DNA of 51,659 bases from Mesotaenium endlicherianum (taxonomy: Eukaryota), in assembly GCA_009602735.1 (NCBI GenBank), contig WELA01002665.1, positions 112,555 through 164,213 of the forward strand, written 5' to 3'. Below, piece by piece: positions 1 through 11,712 of the stretch (position 1 is its first letter; each line of letters begins with the position of its first letter). The notes under the pieces are model-generated. The model was not told the origin of the DNA. It searched no databases and saw only the letters and a program-made list of their open reading frames with translations. A program made the position numbers and the translations under genes.

Positions 1-3000
1 GCCCCCACAGTCAGCACCCCCGCCCCCGTCCCTTCCGCCTGCTTCCCCAAATCAAAGCCCACGTTCCCCGCACCCCGCCTTGTCATCACTGACCCCGCAA
101 TTCCCTCCCCTACCTAAGCAGGAATATTCTTGCATGGGTCTGTCATTTGGGTACTACTATGATCTCACAGACTGCCAGTAAGTTTTCTTTCTACTTCTGT
201 GCATTCTGCCACCATTGGACCCCTCGCGTGATGCGTAAATTAATATCTATCCGCTGGACTCTTGTCATTGCCAGTGCATTTTCCTCTCCAAGGAGTGGGC
301 TTCCTTTGACAAGTCACAAGCCAGGGCCACCCTCCAGTCGGTTGACTTGGGTGCTAGCACCGGGAGCTCTAGGATGCCCAACCTGGCCACCCAGATTGAT
401 CAAGCCTGACCCATACACCGTGTGCATTGGACATCTTTCTTGTGATATTCTTTGTTCTCGTCACTGAGAAAGCCCGGTTGCATGTTGAGCTGGCATGGCA
501 TGGCCACTGGCTAGCAAGCAATGCAAGGACCCCTCTGGATGCTTTGCATAGAAGCATGTTAACAAACGGTCCTTGCCTTCCCACCCTACGTGCCCACAAC
601 CAACACATGGGACGTGTTATCTAGGACCCTATTTAATGCGGGGGGACCTGATGGGACGCAATCTGATGCACATGATGATGTTGGAGGGAGGAGATAATTG
701 ACCTCTTCCTTGCTTCGTCAATGTGGTGCGTGTGGTGGTATTGGGGGGATGCGCTTCCAGCAATTACAACCTTTGTGCTGGTGGTGGCCTGATTATTAGA
801 ACTTGTCCTGCTGGAAGTTATCTACAATATGATACATCATCTCAGTACGCAGTAACTTGTGATCCCGAGAGCTCCTCGAAGCCGTGTACAAGTTCTTAAT
901 AGATTGTGTGCATAGCCGTGGAGCACCACGAGGTCACGCACAGTGCGATGCGCGCGCTTGGAGTGCCAAATAAGTCGTCTAGGACGATGCACAGCTGGCG
1001 GTACACAGGCTGGGGCGGAGGACAGGCAAGCTGCCCAAATGCCCGATTGGGCACATTGGCGACTTGCGCACAGCCCTGAGTTGATCTTAGGCGCGGAAGG
1101 GAGGAGAGCTCTTGCAACATGAGGCAGGGCTCATTAAAACTTCAAAATGTGGCACTTCTGAAATCATAGCACGCCTGACGTAACCGTGAGCAGGCTTTGA
1201 GTCTAATTGGAGGACAAAAGTGTAGTTTTACTTTAGTAAAAGCAGCATCTCCGATATGAAAGCACCGCGTTGTGATAAGACTCAGGTTACGCCGTACGCG
1301 TTTTTCTCGTGTTGAGTTCGTTAAACTAAGCGAACTACGCCGGTTCGCGCGTACTGCACGAACTGACACTAATTTATTATTGTAATTAAGTCGCCGACGT
1401 TTTAGTGAACAAAACGTGGACTTCAGACTTGAAGGCGCACATTGTGCAGACTTGTCAGTCCAAAATTAGCAGGCCGCTGAATTGCTTGAAGCGGGAACGG
1501 CCAAAAATTTGCCTCTCTGTGGCGTTGGGCTAGCCCGCTGCACATTTTACCTCGCAACTCATCGAATTTGTTCTCCTCCCTTCGAACTTGCTCTACTATA
1601 CTAAGGCTCAGTGCTTTAGCACAAATCACACAATTGACATTCTTGGTGGTCTCTCTTTAGCATTCGTAGGAGTAAATCCGGGTGGTCTACATCCCTGTAA
1701 GTTTATTCTTAGTTTTCAATCAGTACTTTGTGCGAACTCACAGTGCAAGATGCCTTCTTGCTTCGCCTATTTCTTGCATATTCATTTGAGTCTTCACTGC
1801 TTTGTTAATGACATTGGACAAGACACTCTACTGACTTAACATTGTTATGTTTCTTTTTGGTTTTGGCAAGAAAATTACTTTCGCGTAGGACGTAAAAGAA
1901 TTGTCTTCTGCAAGTTACTTTTAGGTTTCCATCTTTGATCACAACTTTTTGATGTTGCTCTTCCAATTTCATTATATTTTGTTTCATCTCTATTTACGGA
2001 TGCTCTTACCTGCTTGATGCTTTATCTTCCTGATGTTGTCCGAAGCCGTCCTCTTCAATTGATACTATATATTTGTAAGCTTTGTCATTCGGATTGCACT
2101 CAAGAGTGTGAAAGTAGTTGTTTACTAATGGTTTCGTGTTACACTTTCTCGGCAGGTGCACGCCGTTGTGAAGAACCTTCAACCAAGTGTGCCGCGTGAT
2201 ACATTTCAGGTAAGCACGTCTAATTCGCTTGCTGATTATTTTGAGGGAGAGAGAGGGCAGCAGGGAAGGAGAGGGGAGGTGTCTTGGAGTTTCTTGTGTC
2301 TTCATTCTTAGAATGCTGTTTTATGATGTGAACATCTCACAAAGACTAGGACTGTGACATGTACATGACGTTTCTTATGTGCACAGTGGACTACTTGTGA
2401 TTGTGTCACTCTATATTGTTCTTTGAGGGATGTAGCGTGTGCACCTTTTTGCTTGCTTAATGCTGGAATTTGCGGGCCTGCACGAGCAACCTCTGTTTCC
2501 CATTTTGGTTTATTTAGCCCCTCTAGAGTCTCTGTTTTCTTATTGTCTTATGGCAGGTCGCAATTGTCATTGCAGGCCCATTTTCTTCTCAGATAGCTTC
2601 TATGCAAGGCAAGTGTTGTTGTAATAACACCCCATGACGCTCTCTTTCTACAAGTCTCTCTTTTGTTTGACCCCCTTGTCTTCTCATTTGCTTTGCACGT
2701 TCACCTGTTGGTATGTAGTATGTGCTCCTGTCCATGCTGCTTGCCTCTACTCTCTCCTCTCTGAGCCACTTCCTTCTGCACTCTCACTCCGTGCTGCTTT
2801 TGTCTGCACTCTCACCCGTCCGTGCTATTTCGAGTGCTGTTCATTTTTTGTGTTACATTCTAGTACTCCTCTCCAAGCTTACAATCTCACCTTTGTTGCT
2901 GCTTTCGTCTGCACTCTCACCTCTCTGAGCTGCTTCATTCTGCACTTTCGCCTGTTGGTGTTGCTTTCATCTGCTCCCCCATTGATTGCACTTTCACCTG

Positions 3001-5092
3001 GTGCTGTTTTTGTCTATAGCCTCTTTTTGACTGCAAGAATCAGCTCCAGAGGAAGGCAGGCACAGGAGAGAAGCAGCCATCAGAAGCGTGTGCCCTGGAC
3101 TTTGAGGCCAAGCTGCAACAGCGCTTGCTGGCTGAGCGAGCAACTTTGCTGCTGCAGCCTTTGATGAGGTAAGAAGCGTTGGCACTCTCTCTCTCATAAT
3201 GCATGAGTTTCTTTGGAGGCATATTCTTGCCTGCCAGTCTGTGATCCATTTGACTCTTGCAGTGGTGGCTGTGACACGGCGTTTTCTGCTTTCGTCTCCT
3301 CCGCAACCATTCTTGTTTGTTGTTAAATTTAATGTGGTATTGTGAAGTTGAGGCCGTATGTCAAAAGGCTGACACCACCCGCTCTTGCGTGGCGCATGCT
3401 TGGCAGCCCGCAACCAAGAAGCACCTGATCAACAAGGTCTTCTTCGACGACCTGCCAAGGTGCACAAGAAGCTCTGCGAGCTGGGCGCCAAGTTTCAAGT
3501 GAGCTCCAGAACTGGCGTGGACCTGCCTGGCCTGTGTTCTTCATCGTGGTTTTTTGGCTTCTTTGCAACCAGCCTCCCCTAAATTATTGATATCGTCTGC
3601 GTGCGTTCGCTTTGCGCACTATAGCAATTATAGGTGAGCGCTTGGCTAAAGCGCATTGTGTTATCTCTCTGTTATCGTGCTTCTTCGTACCCATGCCTTG
3701 CTTGAATAGTGGATTGAGGAAAAGGGAAGGTGGGGAGTAGGGGGATGTGTGTGGCCGGGTGTGCTAACTCTGCCCTTGTTGCTCTGCTCCTGTTTCTGCG
3801 CAAAGGCCTCTGTTGCACTTTCCCTCTCTGTCCCTTTGCTCTCTCTTCTCTCTTCATCATTCTGGATGCTCTTAATGCTAGCTGCTCTCAACTTTACTGT
3901 CTTGGTCAGCTTGTCAGTTTGTCAGCTCCTGTTCTGGGCTAAGGGCCGTGCTGTTTTTCCACTCTCATTGTCTCTTGCTCTCTCTTTGCCTCTTCTCTAT
4001 CTCGGTCTCTAAATCTTGCAAAAAGTTAATTCAATATCGACATGAGAGCCGCTTGGGCTGCAGGAGGGCAAAGGGGTGTAGGAGGCCTTTGCAGGCTGCA
4101 GCAGCAGGAGCATCAGCTTCAAGCTACAGGCGGGTCTTTGCAACAAAACCAGCTTTAAGCTATTACTTCATCAAGTATGTGCCCTTCCCAATCTCTCTTC
4201 TATAAATTTGCTCTCTCTCCTACGTCTCTTTGTGCTCTTGCAGCTCTCTTTTTATCTTTGCTATCACCGCTCTCTATTGTTCAGGTTGCTATATTTACGC
4301 TACTATGTTTACACTCTCTTTGTGCTCTTTGTGCTCTCTGGTCTTTGCTATAGTTTTCTCATTTCTATTGCTGCACTTCTCTCTCTGAGTGTGTGCAACA
4401 AGTGGGCAAAGCAGGCAGATTTGGGCACCTGGAGCTGGTGGATAACCCCATCACGTACGACGACCGCTTCAATCTATATGTGGCAATCCTCTTCCTTTAC
4501 CCTCTCTAGCTTCGCTCTTTTTATATGCTCTCTCTACCCTTTGCCCTTGCTGGCTTTTGTGCACTTAGCTCTCTCCTTGCGAATCTACTGCCCTCTGTCT
4601 ACTCTCTTGTTGTACTCTTCATCTCTAGCTGCTTTTCGCTATCTCGCTGCTCTTCTTGTGCCTTTTAATATGTTCCAACTTGCTGTATACGTGCTTTCTC
4701 TCTGCAATTCATATTCTGTTGCATGTTTGTCAGCCCCCTTTCCTCTCATTGCTATCTCTGCCCTTTAATTTTGGTTTCTCTTCTCTTTGCTCGCTCGCTG
4801 ATCCGTATGCTTTGTTTGTGCTCGACTATTCATGTTGCCAGCCGTTTTTGCTCTCGCTTGTATCTCTACTCTTGTTTTAGTTTTGAGGATGACATCTCAA
4901 ATTGTTATAAGTGAAGTGCTTCCTGTTGCATATCTCAAACCTCATATTCTGTTTTTGTTTGCTTCTGTGCTTGCTCTTCCAATATTGTGTTTATTAGGCT
5001 TGCAGCAGCAGGCCTTTTTGTATGCTATTTTTCTTTGTTTTGTGTGGAGCCTGCAGCAGGAATATGTTTTCTTGTGTTTATTATAGACCCTT

Positions 5093-5095
<3 letters not shown>

Positions 5096-5149
<54 letters not shown>

Positions 5150-5150
5150 N

Positions 5151-5186
<36 letters not shown>
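5096..5186 (+). repeat. (CT)n microsatellite
   Basis: Uninterrupted CT run (one N) just upstream of a CAG acceptor at ~5229. Confidence 0.95.
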
Positions 5187-5189
<3 letters not shown>

Positions 5190-5322
5190 CTAACTCACTT
5201 CCTATTTTGTGTCTCTTTCCGTGCTTCAGATCTTACAAGGCCAATTTGTCGCTTCTTTCAACGCCATTCACTTCTATCCTGGCTGCAAGGGGAGCACTTT
5301 CTGCACAGAAGCCTTGTAGACG

Positions 5323-6709
5323 TATGCGAAAGGTAGCACCTGAATGGAGCTACGTGACCATCGTCACTCCCGCTCCTAGCTGCGACCGACATCCTGAAGT
5401 GAAGTGCAAGTTTTGCCACCACGTGTTTTGGGGGGGGGTTACAAAGATTCGTAATCACTTAGTGGGGGCTAAAGGTATCCGTGAGTGTCAGGATGTACCG
5501 ATGAATTTGATGGAAGCAATAATTATTCGTCATACTTCCACATCTCCTATGCAATTAGGTAAACGTTGGTCTAAAAGGGGCATGGAAGCCTCTCGCAATT
5601 GCTTGTTTGGATTGCCTGCAGCTGCGCCTGAGCTTAAATATTCATCTGGCAAAGAGTCGGGTTAGTCAAGTTTGAATGATCTTTTTAAGAGAATGAATGC
5701 TCATAGTGTTCATGAAGTAGTTGCCAGGTTCTTTTACGCCACGGGGGTTTCATTTCATGTGGCGCGGAGTAATTTCTTTGTGGACATGGTGAATGCAATC
5801 AGCAAGTACTCTTTGGAGAATGGCCTTCCTTACGTTGCGATGAAGGATAAGCCTTTAGGAAGCATCCTCTTAGACAAAGAGGTCATACGAGTAGAAGAAT
5901 GGGAGAAAAAGCAACTAAAGCACATAGAGATTTCTGGGTGCACCCTAGTTTTACATGGGTGGACAGACACATCGGGGCATCCTTTCTTGGATGTCCTTAG
6001 AGTGTCACGTGGTGTTGAGTTGTTCATGGACTCCACTAATACCAAGGGGAGAATGAAGACGGGTGAGTATATTGCTAAGTATATTATTGAAGCTGTGAAG
6101 AAAGTGGGTCCTGAAAATGTCGTGCAAGTGTGCACAGATTCAGCTGCCAATTGTGTTTTGGCGGGTCAGTTGGTACAAGAAGAGTACCCTGACATTTTTA
6201 GAACTCCTTGTGCAGCTCATTGCCTAGATTTGCTTCTCAAGGATCTAGGGAAAATTAAGGAGTTAGACGAGATTGTAGATAGATTCAAGGGCCTAGTCCA
6301 GTTTGTGACTAATCACCACATGCCTCATGGATGTGCAAATGAGGCTGCAAGGATTTGAGATATTATTCGGAAAGACAGTTTACGGGAGAGGCTGAAAACG
6401 TGGGTAAATGTGTGTGAGCCAATAGTTGTACTTCTACGTCTCGTTGACTCTCCCGAGCCAGCACTAGGCAAGATTTGGGCCAGGATGTCTGCGATTCAAG
6501 AGCACGTCAACAATGCTCTCGGTCTAACTGTTGCTCAAAAAAATGCTGCTGCCAAGGACGTTGCAGCACGTTGGCAACAACTACACTCTCCATTGCATTC
6601 CGCTGGTAGGTTTTTATTTGTCATATTTGTCTTCCTCCTTCTCAATGAGCTTGTCGCTATTTTGCTTGTTTTCTTACATGTCCTTGTATGTCATGTTCCC
6701 TCTATGTCA

Positions 6710-6776
<67 letters not shown>

Positions 6777-7475
6777 AAGTTGTCAAAAATATCTTCTTAT
6801 TGATGTTCATGTTTTTTGTGCTCTTGAATAGGCTATTACTTGGATCCAGAGTTTCAAGACCATGGTTCTTGGGCGAGTGACAGTTGCCTTTTGAAGGACC
6901 ATTTGTTAGTGTGCCAGAAGCTTGTTGGGGGGGGGACTTTGGAAAAAGCTCAAATTGACAAGGAGCTTAGCTTCTGTCGCGCTAAGGGTGATACATTTGG
7001 TGATAGTGTAGTATTGGAAAATAAAAGTAGTATGCCTGCACATGTTTGGTGGGAAACGTATGGGAGTGTTTGTCCAAACTTGCAGCTTCTTGCGATGAAA
7101 GTCTTGTCTCAACCCGCATCAGCTTCTGCTTGTGAGCAAAATTGGTCAGAATATGGGTTTATCAATAGCCCAATTCGCAACAGATTGCTTCTAATTAGGG
7201 CTTTGAAGCTTGTATATGTGCATTTTATGTTGAGGTTACAAGAGAAGAGTGTCAAAAGTCTAGGTGTAGCAAGTGTAGAAAAACTACCATGGGTTATTGA
7301 AGTGGAGTTCGAAGCATCTCAAGAGGTTGTAGAAGAGGAACTCACAGACAATGCAGAAAATATTATCTTTGAGCAAGAAAGTGAGGATGAGGAAGTGGAA
7401 GAGGAGGAAGAAGATGAGGTAGAGGACGAGGAAAGCCTTGTAAATTTAAAGGGGAGAAAAGCTAGAAGATGTTGA
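5323..7475 (+). pseudogene. hAT transposase pseudogene (BED zinc finger, DUF659/RNase H-like core, hATC dimerisation domain)
   Basis: BED motif (WSYV...VKCKFCHHVF..GVTKIRNHL...C), then VARFFYATGVSFHVA, GWTD, VQVCTDSAANC, PCAAHCLDLLLKD, WWETYG..CPNLQ.LA.KVLSQPASASACEQNWS. Intron 6606-6831 (GT..AG) joins LHSAG|YYLDPEF. Stops at 5663-5665 and 6356-6358, an apparent internal deletion near 6330, and the expected DGW motif reads HGW. Confidence 0.9.
6714..6774 (+). repeat. (CT)n microsatellite inside the hAT transposase intron
   Basis: Visible CT run within intron 6606-6831. Confidence 0.95.
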
Positions 7476-8780
7476 TGTTGTGCAATTTTTTTGTTTGTTT
7501 GTAATATTTGATGTGAATAGTGCTATTGCAATTCAATGTATACTTTAAATTAACCCTGAAATTGCAACTTTCAATATGAACATGAACAAGCAACTTACAC
7601 CTACAAATCATTGCAAATATCTTTCTATAATAAATGATGTTACATGTCGTAGAGAAAGAAAAAAGTAATTTTTGAAGTGATATACCTGGCGTATGAAAAG
7701 GTTTGTCTGTCTACAAATAAACACTCCAATTTCCAATTCTTAATAGAAGCTAACACGCTTGGAAAAAAAACACTTGATAGAGAAAAAAGACGAACTAAGA
7801 GATTAAAGCACAAAAAACAACACGAACAATAGCGAACAAGCGAATTCGAAAACTTGGCATACATGCAACGCGGGTAACCTTGAAACTTTGTATGAAAAAA
7901 AATTTGGAGTCTAGAAAATTTCAAAGTTTAGTTTTTATGCTCGGCACGTGCGAGGAAGTACAAACATGTACAACATGTACGACATTACGTCGACACTTAA
8001 AGTCCGTGCCTTTGTTTAAATTAAAAATAATATTTAAATAAAAATCAACACGAACTAAGCGAACAAAATCCTAAAAATAGTACGAACTATAGCGAACAAG
8101 CAAACTGCAAAATTAAGCGTGCACGCGAACGGCGTAACCTTGGATGAGACCAAGTACATTCATGATGCAGTATTTATTGTCCATGGCAAATTGTGGTTGC
8201 GGCTTAATGCATCAGCTAGAGTGTGGATTCTTGTCCCAAACGAGACCATGCGCCCATGCACATAATATGACTCGTCGATTTTCGAGCCTACGTGGGCCGT
8301 GGAATCCGAAAGCGTTGAGATTGCAGGGAAGACTGATGCTTTGATTGCGAAGTCTTCCTTAACATAGCCTTCATGAGCCCTTGCTGGCTTGGCGGCCACA
8401 GAGTGCTCCTTACGATCTATTGACATCCAAATCTGAGTGCCGCTGTGCTAGCTGCACTCTTATTCTAGACGCCGCAAATTGCATTGTGCAACATGACTGA
8501 CACCTTGCACCACTGCGTCTTGCCGTATCACCTACCTCCAGCATCGGGTAATAATTCCTGGGATTAACACCCAGGCTTCTGACCGTGTGTCTGGCTCCCT
8601 TCTTGTCCTTGTTGTAGACTTGAGGGCTGCACCCAAGTAGCAACCGCTGCTGCATCTTGGCCCCTGTTCTTTCCCCTCCTTTAAATTGACAAGCATATGA
8701 CAATCAGACTATGGAGGTCTTGCATACGCTAGCTTCCACAATGCATGCATACTGCACGCCAGCATCTGCTGCAGCGCCCA

Positions 8781-9283
8781 TGTAGTGATTTGAGTTATTA
8801 TATATTAGTTTGCATATATTTCAATGTTTTCAAATATATTTGGAGTAGTATTGTGTGGAGTCAAGTGTGAATAGGTACTCTAGTAACTTGGTTCATGTCC
8901 TTTGAACCTTCCAAGGCGTTTTCAAAGTTAGAGGAAAGATCTAGAAGAACTCCATGTGGCAAAAGTCAAATGTGCCATTTTTAGGTCAAAAGGACATGTG
9001 TACATTATTCTAGAAAGAGGTGGCAAGTTTTGGGATGTGTTGGGTGCCAACACACCAACATACACTTTCCTAGAAATTACTTATGTAGCAAGTATATAAA
9101 CAAGAGCTAGAACATAGAAAGACATTCCAGAATCACTCTTGTACTTGCCAAAATCCAGAAATATATTAACTTTCAAGAAGCCATCTCTCTTTCAAGAAGC
9201 TACCACTTGTGTTCAAAGATCCTTGTCTTGAATAGATAAAGTATTCTGTTTTACTAAGTACTTTATCTATCTGTTTCACTACA
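8781..9283 (+). repeat. 5' LTR of element A (503 bp)
   Basis: TGTAGTGA...TCACTACA inverted termini; near-identical to 23947-24449 and 25367-25865. Confidence 0.95.
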
Positions 9284-9284
9284 G

Positions 9285-9296
9285 TGGTATCGGAGC
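9285..9296 (+). promoter_or_regulatory. Primer binding site (tRNA-iMet type) of element A
   Basis: TGGTATCGGAGC 1 nt after the LTR end; one mismatch to the canonical plant TGGTATCAGAGC. Confidence 0.9.
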
Positions 9297-9320
9297 TAGG
9301 CACTTTGGAAGCACAAGAAG

Positions 9321-10601
9321 ATGACCGATCCTCAAGACCAACAGCAAGCTTTTGAAGGAAGCCCTTCCTCTCCAAGACACCCTCCTCCAGCGCCGATGGG
9401 AGAGCCCACTCAAGAAAATCTGCAACAACAAGAAGCAACACAAGGAGGAGCACACCCTCCTCCAGCGTCGATGGGAGAGCCTACTCAAGGAAATCTGCAA
9501 CAAAAAGAAGCACCACAAGGAGGAGCACAGTCAAATCCTGTGGCAGCCGCTATAGCAAAGTTGACCCCACCACAAGGAGTTCCCGCAAATGAGTGGGCAG
9601 CCTTCCTAATGACCGTCCACAACCAAGTGGGCCTGGCCACCTATGAAGCAACCGTGCAAGCGTCAAGAGAAGCTATGGCTGCCATGGTTGCCCCTATTGC
9701 GAGCAATGCTCAAAATCCAGCCCCGGCTCAAGCGCCTCCACAAGAGCCAACGAGAGCAAGGAAACTCATCAAGCCCGGCAAACCCGACACTTTCAACCCC
9801 GGGAAAGGTGCCAACCTGAATTTATGGCTCTACCAAGTGGAGACGTACCTCGCGTTCCTTGAAGTACCCGAGGAGGACTACGTTCCCTTTGCCGTTACCT
9901 TACTTAGAGGAGCAGCAACATCATGGTGGCGTAACTATCAAGCGGCTATATATCAAGCTATGGCGCACCCCATGCTCGGCCAAGAGCCCCCACCATCATA
10001 TGCAAGATGGGCAGATTTTCGTGAGGCCCTCAAGAAGCAATTTATGCCCATCAATGCAGAGAAAATTGCCCGAGGAAAGCTCCACCATCTCAAGCAAACG
10101 ACGTCTGTTCAAGAGTATACATCCAGATTTTACGCCCTCACTCTTGAGATCCCCAACATGTCTCTCGAGGAGAAGATTGACCGCTACATCTTTGGCCTCA
10201 AACCCAAGGTGGCAAAGGAAGTGGAATTACGCGACTTGACGGACTTCTCAAAGATTATTGAAGTGGCCCAAAAGGTGGATACCTTGGATTTCAAGCACTC
10301 CGTGCCTTCATCTTCACGGGTACCAGCGACGCGGGTGTACGCAGCCCCTTCCACGTCCGACTCTGGACCCACACCCATGGAAATCGGAGTTATTAAAAGG
10401 GACCCCGCTGCTGCTCGGAAGAGTGGAAGACCCTCCAATGACACTTATGATGCAAGAAACCAGCAAGGAGTGAAAGCAAGACTCTCCCCGGCTAAAAAAG
10501 AAGCTCTCATGACGGCTGGACTATGCTTTTATTGCAAGGAAAAGGGCCATCGTGCACTTTCATGCCCCAAAAAGTTGTCAAAAAACGGACAGCGCCGGTA
10601 G
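9321..10601 (+). CDS. gag: Gag polyprotein of element A (retrotransposon gag domain, CCHC zinc knuckle)
   Basis: Intact 426-aa ORF with LRGAATSWW, LKQTTSVQEY..RF, YIFGLKP, GPTPMEIG and CFYCKEKGHRALSC. N-terminal 75-bp tandem duplication (9378-9527). Confidence 0.93.
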   Translation: MTDPQDQQQAFEGSPSSPRHPPPAPMGEPTQENLQQQEATQGGAHPPPASMGEPTQGNLQQKEAPQGGAQSNPVAAAIAKLTPPQGVPANEWAAFLMTVHNQVGLATYEATVQASREAMAAMVAPIASNAQNPAPAQAPPQEPTRARKLIKPGKPDTFNPGKGANLNLWLYQVETYLAFLEVPEEDYVPFAVTLLRGAATSWWRNYQAAIYQAMAHPMLGQEPPPSYARWADFREALKKQFMPINAEKIARGKLHHLKQTTSVQEYTSRFYALTLEIPNMSLEEKIDRYIFGLKPKVAKEVELRDLTDFSKIIEVAQKVDTLDFKHSVPSSSRVPATRVYAAPSTSDSGPTPMEIGVIKRDPAAARKSGRPSNDTYDARNQQGVKARLSPAKKEALMTAGLCFYCKEKGHRALSCPKKLSKNGQRR

Positions 10602-10957
10602 GCCAGGAGCCTACCACCCCAAGACCCACTTCACGAGAAGGCAACAAGACAAGTGAGGTGGAGACCCCCGTTGGAGACGACGTCCCAGCCCCAATGAGTT
10701 TGAGAGGTAACCTTGGAGGAGAGAAGGTCCACATCTTGGTGGATAGCGGAGCTCAAGGCAACTTCATTGCTGCAGATTTTGCCACCAAGCACGGTATTAC
10801 TATGCGAACTCTTGACCACGACGAGGAGATTATGATGCCCGATGGATTCTCCTATACTACCCCTTCCAAGAAGACGTACCCCTTGGCACTCTCTATCAAG
10901 TCCTTCAAGGATAGAGTAGTGTTCTCCCCCATGCAATTGGGCAAGTACGACGTCATC
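10580..10957 (+). CDS. pol: Pol 5' part of element A (aspartic protease), -1 frame to gag, interrupted by element B
   Basis: ILVDSGAQGNFI protease motif. The sequence ends at ...GKYDVI| where LTR B begins and continues as [10 protein letters not shown] after 19920. Confidence 0.9.
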
Positions 10958-11678
10958 TGTAATGAATCAGTATCTTAGTAGATATAATATTCATTTAAAT
11001 GTAATAGTAAATTAAGTTCGACCTGCTGAACTCTAGTTATATAATCAGTTTGCTGGACTTTATATTTAATAGCAGTTTAATGACTCAGCCGGATGCAGCA
11101 GGCTGAAGTCAGCTTAAGTCAGCTTGCTGACACATTCTTTGACAGTCAGCTGACTTCCGTACTCGGTAGCAGCGAACTGCCTCATATGCATCTAAGTGTG
11201 GTAGGCTAGATGAATGGCCAAATGACATCCCTATGATGGATGGCAATTCGGGATGATGGGAGATGGCGGTGGATTTGGTTAATCGAGGTCCTACAAACGT
11301 GGTTAACTCCCGGGTAGGCGGTGCCATCTCACTGACCGTTGAACAGTAAACTCATTCCATGTACAAATGCTAGGCATTACTCTCGAGTTTGGCATTCGGA
11401 AACGAGGCCAACTCTCTTGTACAGCTTACTGAGAGCGATCTGAATCCAAAGCAAGAAGCCATTGATACGCACTGTCTTCTAACCTTGCTTATGTATGAGT
11501 TTACTGATTTGCATTATTGATGCTAGTTTACTCGCATTTGACTTACGAGTATTATTCACTGCTAGTGTGTTGTCCTTTGCCGTTTAACCAGTTAACGGAA
11601 AATACCATAAAGATTACTTGCTGATATAAAGATCTTTATTAATTGTTAATCGCCTATTTGGTAAGTCGATTCATTTCA
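10958..11678 (+). repeat. 5' LTR of element B (721 bp)
   Basis: TGTAATGAATC...GATTCATTTCA inverted termini; matches 19191-19793. Confidence 0.93.
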
Positions 11679-11679
11679 G

Positions 11680-11691
11680 TGGTATCGGAGC
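11680..11691 (+). promoter_or_regulatory. Primer binding site (tRNA-iMet type) of element B
   Basis: TGGTATCGGAGC 1 nt after the LTR end. Confidence 0.9.
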
Positions 11692-11712
11692 AATTATCAC
11701 AGTCTTCTTTGT

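Larger units (their letters stand above)
1282..8142 (+). mobile_element. hAT-superfamily DNA transposon, non-autonomous/decayed, ~6.9 kb
   Basis: Left end TCAGGTTACGCCGTACGCG (1282-1300) is an imperfect inverted repeat of right end CGCGAACGGCGTAACCTTG (8124-8142). Flanked by an 8-bp near-duplication GATAAGAC (1274-1281) / GATGAGAC (8143-8150). CGAAC-containing subterminal motifs at both ends; hAT transposase inside. Confidence 0.85.

Noticed and set aside
4208..4768. Hydrophobic 186-aa ORF resembling a membrane protein
   Set aside because: CT-rich low-complexity sequence gives Leu/Ser/Phe by composition.
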